Origin: Candidatus Dojkabacteria bacterium
GTDB lineage: Bacteria > Patescibacteriota > Dojkabacteria > SC72
Assembly: GCA_050950145.1 (NCBI GenBank)
Contig: JBMNHB010000001.1
Coordinates: 300,458 to 364,457, forward strand
DNA: 64,000 nucleotides
Reading direction: 5' to 3'
Shown: piece after piece, positions 47,076 through 56,727 of the stretch
Layout of the letters: each line of letters starts with the position of its first letter
Position numbering within the stretch: position 1 is the first letter of the stretch
Notes under the pieces: model-generated
Databases searched by the model: none
What the model saw: only the letters and a program-made list of their open reading frames with translations
What the model was told of the DNA's origin: nothing
Program-made: the position numbers and the translations under genes

Positions 47076-49281
47076 TAAATTTTTTTGAGAAATTATCTCC
47101 TTCTTTTGTTATTACACACAATCTATGAAGAGCCCTTGTAATAGCAACATAGAGAAGTTTTATTGAAAGTAAATCATCTTTGTAATAATCAGAATTAGCA
47201 TCAGCAATTATTACCGAATCAAATTCTAATCCTTTAGCATTTTCAATAGGTAATATTAACAATCCTGTTCTATAATCATTCTCACTGTAGTTTACAACAT
47301 CTCTGTTGATTTCATCTTCATATGGCTTAAAAATCTCATATAGTTCTCTTGCGTGTTCTCTATTTCTTGCTAAAAGTGCACAGGTAACAGACCCTTTTTC
47401 AAAATATTCCTTTATCATCTCAATAATCTCTTTTACATCATTTTTATCCATATTCACAATGTCTTTATCTTTTTGCATAATTCTTACTTCTTCACCATGT
47501 CTTAGTACTGCTTCTGGTAAATCATATGATTTTGGAAAGTATTCTTTAAATATTTTGTTTGCAAACTCTACAATTTCAACAGTAGTTCTGTAACATTTCT
47601 GTAGCTGATGATATGATGTATCCTTTTTTGTATTCTCTTTTACAACTTCAAAAACTTCATTCCATGACTTAATGTAAAAAGGAGGAATTATTGATTGCGC
47701 AAGGTCTCCAGCTATTGTCATATTCCCATTCTTTGCAATTTTGGAGAGTGTAGCAAGTTGTACAAAACTCATATCTTGAGCCTCATCAATCATTATGTAA
47801 GCTCTCTCATACAATTTACTACCATATACTTTTAAGTGTAGGTATACCATAGGAGCTAGATCTTCAATTCTGTATGTACGAATTCTTCCACTATGTTTTA
47901 TCCCTTCAAGTGTATATTTAGAAATATCTTTTGAAATATATTTAGATTTAAAAAGGTTTTTGTAAAGCTGGTATATATTAGTTTCTCTCCTAAAGTATGC
48001 AAGAATCTTAGCTTTTATCTCCTCAGTGTTTTCTGTTCTAAGCTTAATATCTCCTTCTTTATACTTGTTGAATTTTTTTTGAGCAAAAGCATATTCTGTT
48101 GCTAGTGACACTCTCTCTATCATATCAATATCACTATACTCTTCTTTGAGTTGATGATATCTATCAGCTATCACTTCTGCCATGCTGCTTGGAATATTTT
48201 CTAGTAGATTCTCTTCAAAATCGTGGAAGTATTTATCTAAAATTTTGATAAACTCTCTAGAACCTTTAAATTCTTTGAATTCTAAATTTTCTTCTTCTGT
48301 AGAAACTGTGTAGTAGTCATCCCATTCTAGAATTTTCTTTGCCCAGAAAAGATATGTTAGCGTTTCAACCTTTCTTACCCCTAAGTTAGGTAAAACATCA
48401 GACACATAATCTATGAACATTTGGTTAGGGGCTATGATTAAGGAATTTGTTTCGTTGATTCTCTTTGGGTATGTGTAGAAGAGATATGCCAATCTGTGTA
48501 AGAGAATTGTAGTCTTCCCACTACCAGCAACTCCTTGTATAACAACAGGGAAATTAATATCTTCTCGTATAATATTGTTTTGTTGAGCTTGAATTGTTGC
48601 AACAATATCTTGTAGCTTTTTACCGATTCTTTCTTGAAGTTGTACTAAGAGAAATTCGTCAGCAGCAACATTTCCAGATTTAGCATCATATATTCCTCTT
48701 ATTCTTGCTCTTGATATTTGGAATTGTCTTTTTTGAATTAACTCTCCTTTTCTTTCTCCAATAGGGGCAATAAATGAAACATTTTTCTTAGGTCCAGAGT
48801 TTTGATAGTAAATATTAGCAATAGGGGATCTCCAGTCTGTAATTAGAGGTAAATGTGTATCTGCTTCTACCATTGCAAATTTGCCGATATATAGGTTGAG
48901 TGGTATTTTAGTTCTAGAATCGTCTGGTAAGAAAGAAATTTTTCCAAAATATGGAGAGTCAAGTGCCAAAAGCTGATTGTTAATTCTTTCAACAGTTATC
49001 TCTATTTGAGCAAGAATTTTATTATAAATACTTCTAGCAGCTTTCCTTTCGTCGGCATCACTCTCTGCTTCTATTTCTGCTATCTGTCTTTCAAGTTCTT
49101 CTTCTAATCTTTTGAGGTTAGGTAATAGGAAATCTAATCTTTCTTTTGTAAGAAGAGAGACTTTTTGTAAATGTGGGTATTCCTCTTCTTCTAAGGAGTT
49201 TTCGTATACTATCTTGCTGAAATCTACTACCTCCTCTATATCCTTGTATAGAGGGTTTAGATGTTTCTCAAAGGTTTGCAT
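47068..49281 (-). CDS. helD: HelD-family RNA polymerase recycling ATPase (SF1/UvrD-like)
   Basis: PYFGKI, DWRSPIA..YY, IQ..QN.IIR, QGVAGSGKTT..LHR.AYL, DEAQD, GDLAQ, KGLEFD, LYVAITRA. ATG 49281 follows a promoter (track start 49317). Confidence 0.85.
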   Translation of the reverse strand: MQTFEKHLNPLYKDIEEVVDFSKIVYENSLEEEEYPHLQKVSLLTKERLDFLLPNLKRLEEELERQIAEIEAESDADERKAARSIYNKILAQIEITVERINNQLLALDSPYFGKISFLPDDSRTKIPLNLYIGKFAMVEADTHLPLITDWRSPIANIYYQNSGPKKNVSFIAPIGERKGELIQKRQFQISRARIRGIYDAKSGNVAADEFLLVQLQERIGKKLQDIVATIQAQQNNIIREDINFPVVIQGVAGSGKTTILLHRLAYLFYTYPKRINETNSLIIAPNQMFIDYVSDVLPNLGVRKVETLTYLFWAKKILEWDDYYTVSTEEENLEFKEFKGSREFIKILDKYFHDFEENLLENIPSSMAEVIADRYHQLKEEYSDIDMIERVSLATEYAFAQKKFNKYKEGDIKLRTENTEEIKAKILAYFRRETNIYQLYKNLFKSKYISKDISKYTLEGIKHSGRIRTYRIEDLAPMVYLHLKVYGSKLYERAYIMIDEAQDMSFVQLATLSKIAKNGNMTIAGDLAQSIIPPFYIKSWNEVFEVVKENTKKDTSYHQLQKCYRTTVEIVEFANKIFKEYFPKSYDLPEAVLRHGEEVRIMQKDKDIVNMDKNDVKEIIEMIKEYFEKGSVTCALLARNREHARELYEIFKPYEDEINRDVVNYSENDYRTGLLILPIENAKGLEFDSVIIADANSDYYKDDLLSIKLLYVAITRALHRLCVITKEGDNFSKKFNV

Positions 49282-49308
49282 TTCGTTTTTGGCAGAAATT
49301 ACCCGCTC

Positions 49309-49337
49309 AGTATACAACTTTTTTCTTCTTTTGTCTA
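49309..49337 (-). promoter_or_regulatory. sigma70 promoter of helD
   Basis: TAGACA-17 nt-TATACT on the minus strand. Confidence 0.5.
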
Positions 49338-49347
49338 GAAATCTTGG

Positions 49348-49550
49348 AGGTCTGGCCTAGGTCTGCCCCATGTTAATCTATATTTAATCATCTATATTCC
49401 TTTCTTATATAAGTCTTTTTTGATAAAAATCTTTTTATTTTGTAAGAATTTTGGTCTAGGGAGACATAGGATATTGTAATTACTTAGTAGTAGGAGACCT
49501 TTTGGGTGGATTAAAAAGTTATGAATCAGGGGCAGACCTAGGCCAGGCCT
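49348..49550. mobile_element. MITE/REPIN-like non-coding element, copy 1 (203 bp)
   Basis: Left TIR AGGTCTGGCCTAGGTCTGCCCC (49348-49369); right TIR GGGGCAGACCTAGGCCAGGCCT (49529-49550), 21/22 complementary. Confidence 0.7.
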
Positions 49551-49575
49551 GGTGTGGTTGTGGTATGATGTAAAT

Positions 49576-50136
49576 ATGAGTGGACAGTTGAAATTTCTTT
49601 TGACTTTGGTTGTACTTGTTGGCCTCTTTCTCTTTTTACAAGAGAAGTTTAGTTTTTTGGATATCTCAATCACAGAAAATTCTTCTAAGGTAGAAGAACA
49701 GAAAGAAAATAATTCAAAGAAGGAAAGTAGTGAAGAAAAAAAAGACTATGTAGATATATATATGGAAGAAGGTAAGAGTGTAAAAGTTAATGTAGAAGTT
49801 GCTAATACTGAGATAGAAAGAAGGAATGGTCTCTCAAATAGACAATATCTAGGAGATTATGATGGAATGTGGTTTATCTTTGATGAAGATGTAAAGAATT
49901 CTTTTTGGATGAAAGATATGCTAATTCCTTTAGATATTATTTTTGTTGATTCTAGTGGTTTTATTGTGGATATAAAGGAGAATAATGCTTCTTGTACTGA
50001 TTCATATTGTCCCAACATAATTTCATCAACAAGTTATAGATATGTACTTGAAGTTAATGGAAATTTTTGTCAGGAGAATGGTGTAGAAGTAGGTCATAGT
50101 ATAACCGCACACATTAGTTCAGATAATCCTGTATAA
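49576..50136 (+). CDS. DUF192 domain membrane-anchored protein
   Basis: EVA.T..ER..GL..R, GMWFIF, FWMKDM.IPLDIIF, YVLEVN (track start 49552). Confidence 0.9.
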   Translation: MSGQLKFLLTLVVLVGLFLFLQEKFSFLDISITENSSKVEEQKENNSKKESSEEKKDYVDIYMEEGKSVKVNVEVANTEIERRNGLSNRQYLGDYDGMWFIFDEDVKNSFWMKDMLIPLDIIFVDSSGFIVDIKENNASCTDSYCPNIISSTSYRYVLEVNGNFCQENGVEVGHSITAHISSDNPV

Positions 50137-50144
50137 TAGTAGCT

Positions 50145-50804
50145 ATGATTAATTCATTAATAGATTGGTTAGTAAATTTAATTAACTCTGTTGGATATTG
50201 GGGTGTTGGTTTAGCAATGTTTATTGAAAGTTTTTTTGCTCCCATACCAAGTGAAATAATCCTTCCTTTTTCTGGTTTTGTAGCATCTCAAGGTACATTG
50301 AATATTGTTTTAGTGATAATAATCGCTACTTTTTCTGCATATCTTGGTTCCCTTCCTTTCTATTTAGTAGGTAGATGGGGAGAAAAGTCAGTAATGAAAT
50401 TTCTGAATAAATATGGGAAATATCTCTTTATATCTAAAACAGATCTGAATAAAGGATTTACTGCTTTTGAAAAGTATGGAAATGGAATTGTTTTACTTGG
50501 AAGAGTTATTCCAATTGTTCGTACAGTTATTTCTTTTCCTGCAGGTGTTGCAAAGATGAACTTCTTTGTTTTTTCTATGTATACACTAGTAGGTACTGCT
50601 ATTTGGTCAACCATACTAGCTCTTGCAGGATACTTTTTAGGTTCTAAATGGGAAATTGTTTCAGAATATGTTGCTAAGTATGAAAAAATTATATTAATAA
50701 TTTTAATACTAGTAGCTGTTTGGTATGTTGCTAGAGGTATTATTAATATGAGAAAAGATTCAACTAAACTAAAGGCAAAAGACTCTTCCCAGTCATCTCA
50801 CTAG
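50145..50804 (+). CDS. DedA family membrane protein
   Basis: ESFFAPIPSEIILPFSGF, GRVIPIVRT.ISFPAG. Confidence 0.93.
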   Translation: MINSLIDWLVNLINSVGYWGVGLAMFIESFFAPIPSEIILPFSGFVASQGTLNIVLVIIIATFSAYLGSLPFYLVGRWGEKSVMKFLNKYGKYLFISKTDLNKGFTAFEKYGNGIVLLGRVIPIVRTVISFPAGVAKMNFFVFSMYTLVGTAIWSTILALAGYFLGSKWEIVSEYVAKYEKIILIILILVAVWYVARGIINMRKDSTKLKAKDSSQSSH

Positions 50805-52293
50805 GTTTACTAATTCCCATTATCTGCAGTATTGTTGGTGCAATATCTCTTAATGCTCCGTATGGAAGAAGTTGTGGTTTGTAATCACTTCCTACGATTA
50901 TAAATGGAACAGGGTTTATTGAATGTTCAGTATCCATACTACCATCATCAACATTTAACATCTCTTCTACATTCCCATGATCTGCTGTTATCACAACAAC
51001 ACCACCCAATGCAGTAAAACTATTTACTAATTCTTTGACACAGAAATCAACAATCTTAACTGCCTTAATTCCTGCTTCTAGGTTCCCAGTGTGTCCAACC
51101 ATGTCAGCATTTGCAAAATTAGCAACAATCAAATCATATGTTCGTCTCTGTATCCTATCAAGCAATATTGTTGTAATCTCTAATGCACTCATTTCTGGTT
51201 TTTGATCATATGTAGTAACCTTTGGAGAAGGAATAATAATACGATCTTCTTTATTATAGATAACGGGTGTTCCTCCGTTAAAGAAATATGTAACATGAGG
51301 GAATTTTTCTGTTTCTGCAATTCTTAACTGAGTTCTTTCTTCTGCATCAATAACATTACCAAGTGTAAGATTAATATATTGTTTTGGGAAAATAATTTTT
51401 TCAGGGAAGTTTTTCCTATATTCCACCATACTTGCAACAAAAAGATTAGGTATTTTTTTTCTAAAAAAACCAGTGAAATTATCAGAAATTAATGCCTCAG
51501 TTAATTGAATCATCCTATCTGATCTGAAATTCATTAAAATCACAACATCATTTTCTTTTATATTGCTCTTATTAATGACAGCAGGTTCTATAAACTCATC
51601 TGTTATGTTTTGTGAATAATTATGTTGTATAGCTGTATGACAATTGGGAAATTCTGCCCCCAAATTCTTTTCAAGAAGATAGTATGCTCTTTCAGTTCTG
51701 TCCCACTTATTATTCCTATCCATACCATAGAATCTACCGATGATAGTACCAATTTGACCCATCCCTCTATCCATACAATATTTATCAATATCAGCAAGGT
51801 AAGAAGCTGCTGCATTTACTGCAGTATCCCTTCCATCTGTAAATACATGAATAAATACTCTATTTGGGAAATTATATTTAGAGAAAAAGTCAATTACTGC
51901 TTTGAAATGATCAATATGAGAATGTACAGCACCATCACTAAGAAGACCTACAAGGTGAATATCTCCTCCATATTTGTGAGCATGAGCAAAAGCTTCCTTT
52001 AGTGTATTGTTTTGATAGATTAAACCTTTTTCAATTGAATTGTTTATTCTAGGTAGATTTTGGCTTACAGTTCTGCCTGCTCCAATGTTTAAATGACCCA
52101 CCTCACTATTACCTTTAATATTTTTTGGTAAACCGACATGTTCTCCTGAAGCGATTAAGTAGGTTCGTGGAGATGAGCTCCAAAGAGAGACAAGGGTTGT
52201 AGGATTGGCCTGTACAACAGCATTTCCAGGGCTAAGAGGTGCAGCTCCTAAACCATCTAAAATTAGTAACAAAACTTTCTTCTTTTTACTCAT
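50764..52293 (-). CDS. gpmI: 2,3-bisphosphoglycerate-independent phosphoglycerate mutase (copy 2)
   Basis: LDGLG, GNSEVGH, TDGRDT, NFRSDR, AETEKFPHVTYFFNGG, DMVGHTG, TADHGN. Confidence 0.96.
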   Translation of the reverse strand: MSKKKKVLLLILDGLGAAPLSPGNAVVQANPTTLVSLWSSSPRTYLIASGEHVGLPKNIKGNSEVGHLNIGAGRTVSQNLPRINNSIEKGLIYQNNTLKEAFAHAHKYGGDIHLVGLLSDGAVHSHIDHFKAVIDFFSKYNFPNRVFIHVFTDGRDTAVNAAASYLADIDKYCMDRGMGQIGTIIGRFYGMDRNNKWDRTERAYYLLEKNLGAEFPNCHTAIQHNYSQNITDEFIEPAVINKSNIKENDVVILMNFRSDRMIQLTEALISDNFTGFFRKKIPNLFVASMVEYRKNFPEKIIFPKQYINLTLGNVIDAEERTQLRIAETEKFPHVTYFFNGGTPVIYNKEDRIIIPSPKVTTYDQKPEMSALEITTILLDRIQRRTYDLIVANFANADMVGHTGNLEAGIKAVKIVDFCVKELVNSFTALGGVVVITADHGNVEEMLNVDDGSMDTEHSINPVPFIIVGSDYKPQLLPYGALRDIAPTILQIMGISKPSEMTGKSLLPLV

Positions 52294-52384
52294 AGGCAGA
52301 TTATCATATATATTGTGGCATATTTTTCATTTTTATTCTATAATCATCTCTAGCATTTCAAATTAAATATTTTTAGTACAGATT

Positions 52385-52915
52385 ATGGATAACAATATAT
52401 TGAAAAAAATAGAAGAAGATTCTTACAAAAAAAGACCTGATGTAGAGGTTGGAGATACAGTTAAGTTACATTTAAGAATTAAAGAAGGGAATAAGGAGAG
52501 AACACAGATTTTTCAAGGTGTTGTTATCTCAATTAAAGGAACAGGTTTAAGTAAGAATATTGTAGTAAGAAAGATATCATATGGGGTTGGTGTAGAGAAG
52601 ATTATTCCACTACATGCACCTGTGTTATTGAAAGTAGAAGTTGTTAAAAGAGGGAAGGTTAGAAGAGCAAAGTTGTTCTATCTTAGAGAAAGGGAAGGAA
52701 GAAGGGCATTGAAGGTAAGCGGTGTAAAGGATGTGTATATGACAGATGAGGTAGAAGTACCAGTTGAAGGTGAAGAAGAGCTTGTGGAGTCATCTGAGGA
52801 AGCTGAAGTTGTTAAAGAAGAAGTTATTGAAGAGGAAGTTAAGGAAGAAAAAGAAACAGCTGAAGAAGTGAAAGAGAAAAAGGAAGAAGATAAAGAAGAA
52901 CAAAAGAAAGAATAG
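52385..52915 (+). CDS. rplS: 50S ribosomal protein L19 with acidic C-terminal tail
   Basis: GDTV.....[33 protein letters not shown]. Confidence 0.97.
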   Translation: MDNNILKKIEEDSYKKRPDVEVGDTVKLHLRIKEGNKERTQIFQGVVISIKGTGLSKNIVVRKISYGVGVEKIIPLHAPVLLKVEVVKRGKVRRAKLFYLREREGRRALKVSGVKDVYMTDEVEVPVEGEEELVESSEEAEVVKEEVIEEEVKEEKETAEEVKEKKEEDKEEQKKE

Positions 52916-52923
52916 AGCTACTT

Positions 52924-52996
52924 GCAGGGGTAGTTCAATGGTTAGAATATCTGTTTTCCAAACAGAGGGTTGCGGGTTCGAGTCCCGTCCCCTGCT
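52924..52996 (+). tRNA. tRNA-Gly(TCC)
   Basis: GCAGGGGTAGTTCAATGG, anticodon arm TCTGT-TTTCCAA-ACAGA, GGTTCGAGTCC. Confidence 0.95.
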
Positions 52997-53019
52997 TTTC
53001 CTACATTTTTAAAAGAGAG

Positions 53020-53046
53020 TAACACTTAGTAAGAACTAAGGTGTTA
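53020..53046. promoter_or_regulatory. Palindrome between tRNA-Gly and the 53070 operon (terminator or operator)
   Basis: TAACACTTAGT-AAGA-ACTAAGGTGTTA, one bulge. Confidence 0.35.
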
Positions 53047-53069
53047 ATTATCTACAAAATGTAATATAA

Positions 53070-53636
53070 TTGAACATGAAGAATGTTGATGTACCAATGT
53101 GGGATAAAGGAGATAGTACTGATAACTTTGCAAAAGGTGGAGGTAGATCATCATTAAAATTTGATGATATCGTTAAAGAAGATAAAAAGATTATTGGATT
53201 GTTCAAATTAATACTAGGTAGAAAACCTTCAACACGAGAATCAGCATATTACAGAATTAGTAGGGCAAGTAAAGAAAATATTACAGAAAAACTAATTAAT
53301 AGTGAAGAACATAAAGAATTGATAGTTTCTGCTCAAAAGTATCCAGAAGTTCTAAAAGAAAAAAAACAATTAGAATCTACAGTTTTAAAACTAAAAAGTA
53401 ATATTGAAGATAGTGGGAAGGAGTTTGAAGAATTAAAGAAACTTTTAGAGGAAAAGAATAGAACTATTAGAGATCTTAGAGAAGAAAAAGACAAACCTTA
53501 TTTAACAAAGAAAGAACTTATAGAGGAATCAAACATATATTATTCAAAATTTTCTGAAAGAACACCTACTAAAAAATCATACAATGTTAACGATCAATCT
53601 CTGTGGGATAGAATACTAAAACTATTTTTTAAGTAA
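53070..53636 (+). CDS. Hypothetical coiled-coil protein with C-terminal amphipathic helix
   Basis: ILGRKPS..E..Y...L..SEE motif, coiled coil, SLWDRILKLFFK. Confidence 0.7.
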   Translation: MNMKNVDVPMWDKGDSTDNFAKGGGRSSLKFDDIVKEDKKIIGLFKLILGRKPSTRESAYYRISRASKENITEKLINSEEHKELIVSAQKYPEVLKEKKQLESTVLKLKSNIEDSGKEFEELKKLLEEKNRTIRDLREEKDKPYLTKKELIEESNIYYSKFSERTPTKKSYNVNDQSLWDRILKLFFK

Positions 53637-53643
53637 AGAAATC

Positions 53644-53847
53644 ATGACTAGTAAAAAACTTGGAGAAAGATTAAAAAAGGCCAGGGAAGATAAAAAATTA
53701 ACACAAAGAGAGTTAGCTATAAAGGTAGGACTTTCAGATAAATCTATTAGTATCTACGAAAAAGGTAAAGTATATCCACCAATAAGAAATCTCCTTATGT
53801 TATCTAAAGAATTAGGTGTTGATATCTCCAAACTTCTAACTGACTAA
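53644..53847 (+). CDS. XRE-family HTH transcriptional regulator
   Basis: LGERLK.AR....LTQ.ELA..VG.S...IS.YE.G...P. Confidence 0.92.
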   Translation: MTSKKLGERLKKAREDKKLTQRELAIKVGLSDKSISIYEKGKVYPPIRNLLMLSKELGVDISKLLTD

Positions 53848-54431
53848 TTTGGTGGTGTTAACCATTTTTTTGCTTTCTCAGCTCCCTTTTTAGATAGTTT
53901 AATAATTACAAATATTAATACTCCTATTATTATTACTATTCCAAACGTCATTAGTATACTGATTATTTTGTATTCAGAACTTACAGGTTGAATAATAAGA
54001 TTTCCATCAAAGGTTAAGCTATCTGCAGTACTATTTGTGTAATTAGTGTCATGTTGCCAAGAAATAACAGAAACAGAGAGATTATATGTTCCGGGGTTTT
54101 CTGGCTTAACTACAGCTTTTACGGTATATGTTTCGCCTTCTTTCATTGCAATAAATCTTGCATGTTTCGGTCTTACATCTAGTGTAGGAGGATAGCTCCA
54201 AAGTATCTCAGTCTTTGGACTATCCATAAGAGGTTTAATATATAATGCATATGTTACACTTTTTCCAAATGGTGTTTGCTGTAGTCTCACAAGCTCTAAA
54301 TCAAAATATTTAGTATCCATAGTGTTCTCTTCTGTAGTTGTTGTTTCTAATTCAGTCTGTTGTGCAAAAACAGAAGTAGAAAAGAACATCAGGAACGAAA
54401 AGACAATTATTAGACTAACTATTTTTTTCAT
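53844..54431 (-). CDS. Secreted/membrane protein with Ig-like domain and C-terminal TM
   Basis: Signal peptide, beta-rich region with PGTYNLSV, TM, basic tail. Confidence 0.7.
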   Translation of the reverse strand: MKKIVSLIIVFSFLMFFSTSVFAQQTELETTTTEENTMDTKYFDLELVRLQQTPFGKSVTYALYIKPLMDSPKTEILWSYPPTLDVRPKHARFIAMKEGETYTVKAVVKPENPGTYNLSVSVISWQHDTNYTNSTADSLTFDGNLIIQPVSSEYKIISILMTFGIVIIIGVLIFVIIKLSKKGAEKAKKWLTPPN

Positions 54432-54847
54432 TTAAGGATCTTGTTAATACTAAATTTATATATGTTGAAAACATTTATCGCTTCCTCTTGATCTATATCA
54501 TAATCATTATGAACAATATCATTTCTTATCTTATGAACACTCCATAATTCATCTAATTCTTTTCTTTTAAAAATAGAACTTGATTTTTTTAAGTTATCAC
54601 CACAGGTATTTGTATTATTAAAGTAGTACTGTAAAGATTTTGTTAAAAGATTATCTAATTTTATAACGGAATCGCGTCTAACAGAACTATCCAGACTTTG
54701 TATATGTATCTCTAACTCTTTCAATTTATTAAGTATCTCAACCTTTCTTGAAGTGTCAATTTTTTTATTTGCAAAAGATACAGCAAGAAAAAGTACTACT
54801 ATTAACAGAAGAATTACAATTGTCATTGTTATACTTGTTGTTTGCAT
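54428..54847 (-). CDS. Membrane-anchored HEPN-like (DUF4145-like) protein
   Basis: N-terminal TM and helical domain with HKIRNDIVH (RxxxxH). Confidence 0.6.
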   Translation of the reverse strand: MQTTSITMTIVILLLIVVLFLAVSFANKKIDTSRKVEILNKLKELEIHIQSLDSSVRRDSVIKLDNLLTKSLQYYFNNTNTCGDNLKKSSSIFKRKELDELWSVHKIRNDIVHNDYDIDQEEAINVFNIYKFSINKILK

Positions 54848-56727
54848 TTCAACTTTTTAATGGTTTTAAATAATAGATATGATAACAGCAGAACAACAGA
54901 AAAGAAAATAAGTGAGAGAATTTTAGAAAGAATTGTTATATATTTTGGTGTACTATTAGGTAAATCTAATTTCATTGTAATATTTTCAGATATTCCAGTA
55001 AGATTACTAACACTTCCTGTTATGAATAATTTATTGGAATTCATCTTTTCAAATGGAATATTCAATTGTATATTATGATTTTGTTTTGGAAGTAGGAGTT
55101 TTGATGTTGTATTATTTACACTATCAATGTATTGAGAAATTTTTCTTAAATTAGATTTATCTAGCTTTATACTTGAGATTGCTATATTCCCATTATTTAA
55201 TATATCTATATCTGCTCTTATATATTTCTTCGTTATGTCGTAATCATCCATTGATAAATTTGTTTTTACTAACAAGCTTCTCTCCTTAAAGTCTTTATTA
55301 TCTAGCTCTACCAAGAAATCATTAGGTGTATAAAAAGTAAGAGTTGGTGACATAGGGTTCTTTCCTCTTCTTAGTATTGCTATATGATCAGCAAGTTCAT
55401 TGTTAAATAGGTTTTGCTTTCTATACTTTTCCATAAAAGGATCTACTGAAACCCATTCTGATTTTGTAATATCATAATATTCAACCCAATAGTGATAGAA
55501 TCCATCAGTTGTGTATCCTGATATATTTGAGACATATCCTAGAACCATTCTACTTGGTATAGAGAAATACCTTAGTAAAGCGATATAGAAGTCTGCAAAA
55601 TTAACAGGTGTTAGAGACGTACTGTTCCTTATAATAGAACTTATACTACTCCTGGTAGATTCAATTTGACCAAGTTTTATATCATCATTATAGTCTAATC
55701 TATATATGACATACTGGTATAGATATTTATAGAAAATTTCTTTCTCTTTTTCTTTCAGTAAAGTAATATCTTTAGCATTCTCATTAATAACCAATCCTTT
55801 ATCTTTCATAAAATTCAAAACTCTTTGTATTTCAACTGTATCAATCATTTCCCAGTATCCAATCTTTTTGGTTAAAACTTCTTTAGGTTGAGTGTTATGG
55901 GAATTTACTTCTTTTTGAATAAAACCAGTTATATGGCAATCAAGTGTTTTATTTGGTTCTACCATATAACTAAAAATGTAATTTCCATCATCATCTGTTA
56001 TAGAGGAGGTGGGGAGTGGGGATATCTCTTCCCAAATTATCGCTTGGAATTCAGAATCCATAGGTAATATTAATTCAAAAGTTTGAATTTGGTCTGTTGT
56101 ATTTGTGAAAACTCTGTTAACAGTAAATTTATACTGTATTCCATTTGAGAAAAATATGTATACCTCTGGATTTTTAGGTTCTTTAAATGTCACTTTATAT
56201 AGATTGTTTTCTAGTTCTTTATTTTGGATATTTTCGGAAGCCCAAGAAAATTCTCCTTTTTCTTTAGGGTATTTTACTATTACTTCTTTAGTGGTTGCAT
56301 CCAGAACTTTTGATTGTAAATTATAGGCAATTTCATTAGTGTTTGGGGTTGTATAGACAATTGTAATTTCAAAAGGAGATTCAGGAGTTATGACTCTATT
56401 TTTTAAATCAAACTGAATATCTGTAACTGAGGTTCTAATATATCTATCACATTTTATCTCCTCTGTTCCGTTTATGTAACATTTAGGGTTGATATTCTTA
56501 ACTTGTAAAGAAGTAGTGTATATTGAGAGAACTCTTGTTCTATCTGTTGTTAACTGTAAGGTAAGAGTGGTATTTACTTTATCTTCTTTTATTGTATGAA
56601 CAAAATATGAGTTAACATAAAATTCATCTTCTTGTGCTAATAGAGGGGTAATTGAAATAAAAAAGAATGGAACAAAAAGACTAATAAGTGACAGAATTCT
56701 CTTTAAATAACCACTTAAATTTCTCAT
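54829..56727 (-). CDS. Transglutaminase-like domain membrane protein (catalytic Cys absent)
   Basis: FAD..IALLR...IPSRMV.GY, HYWVEYYD, W.SVDP; signal peptide and C-terminal TM. Confidence 0.8.
   Translation of the reverse strand: MRNLSGYLKRILSLISLFVPFFFISITPLLAQEDEFYVNSYFVHTIKEDKVNTTLTLQLTTDRTRVLSIYTTSLQVKNINPKCYINGTEEIKCDRYIRTSVTDIQFDLKNRVITPESPFEITIVYTTPNTNEIAYNLQSKVLDATTKEVIVKYPKEKGEFSWASENIQNKELENNLYKVTFKEPKNPEVYIFFSNGIQYKFTVNRVFTNTTDQIQTFELILPMDSEFQAIIWEEISPLPTSSITDDDGNYIFSYMVEPNKTLDCHITGFIQKEVNSHNTQPKEVLTKKIGYWEMIDTVEIQRVLNFMKDKGLVINENAKDITLLKEKEKEIFYKYLYQYVIYRLDYNDDIKLGQIESTRSSISSIIRNSTSLTPVNFADFYIALLRYFSIPSRMVLGYVSNISGYTTDGFYHYWVEYYDITKSEWVSVDPFMEKYRKQNLFNNELADHIAILRRGKNPMSPTLTFYTPNDFLVELDNKDFKERSLLVKTNLSMDDYDITKKYIRADIDILNNGNIAISSIKLDKSNLRKISQYIDSVNNTTSKLLLPKQNHNIQLNIPFEKMNSNKLFITGSVSNLTGISENITMKLDLPNSTPKYITILSKILSLIFFSVVLLLSYLLFKTIKKLKCKQQV

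Noticed and set aside
49348-49369. Rifamycin-associated element (RAE) upstream of helD
   Set aside because: The palindrome does not match the actinobacterial RAE as I recall it, and it recurs between dnaE and uvrC as part of a larger element.
49348-49550. CRISPR array or small CDS (49392..49673) in the repeat element
   Set aside because: Repeats are inverted and only two per locus, there are no cas genes, and the ORF is not conserved in copy 2.
22614-52996. UGA-to-Gly recoding (code 25), suggested by three tRNA-Gly genes
   Set aside because: Anticodons are GCC, CCC and TCC (none TCA), prfB is intact, and genes read through without in-frame TGA.
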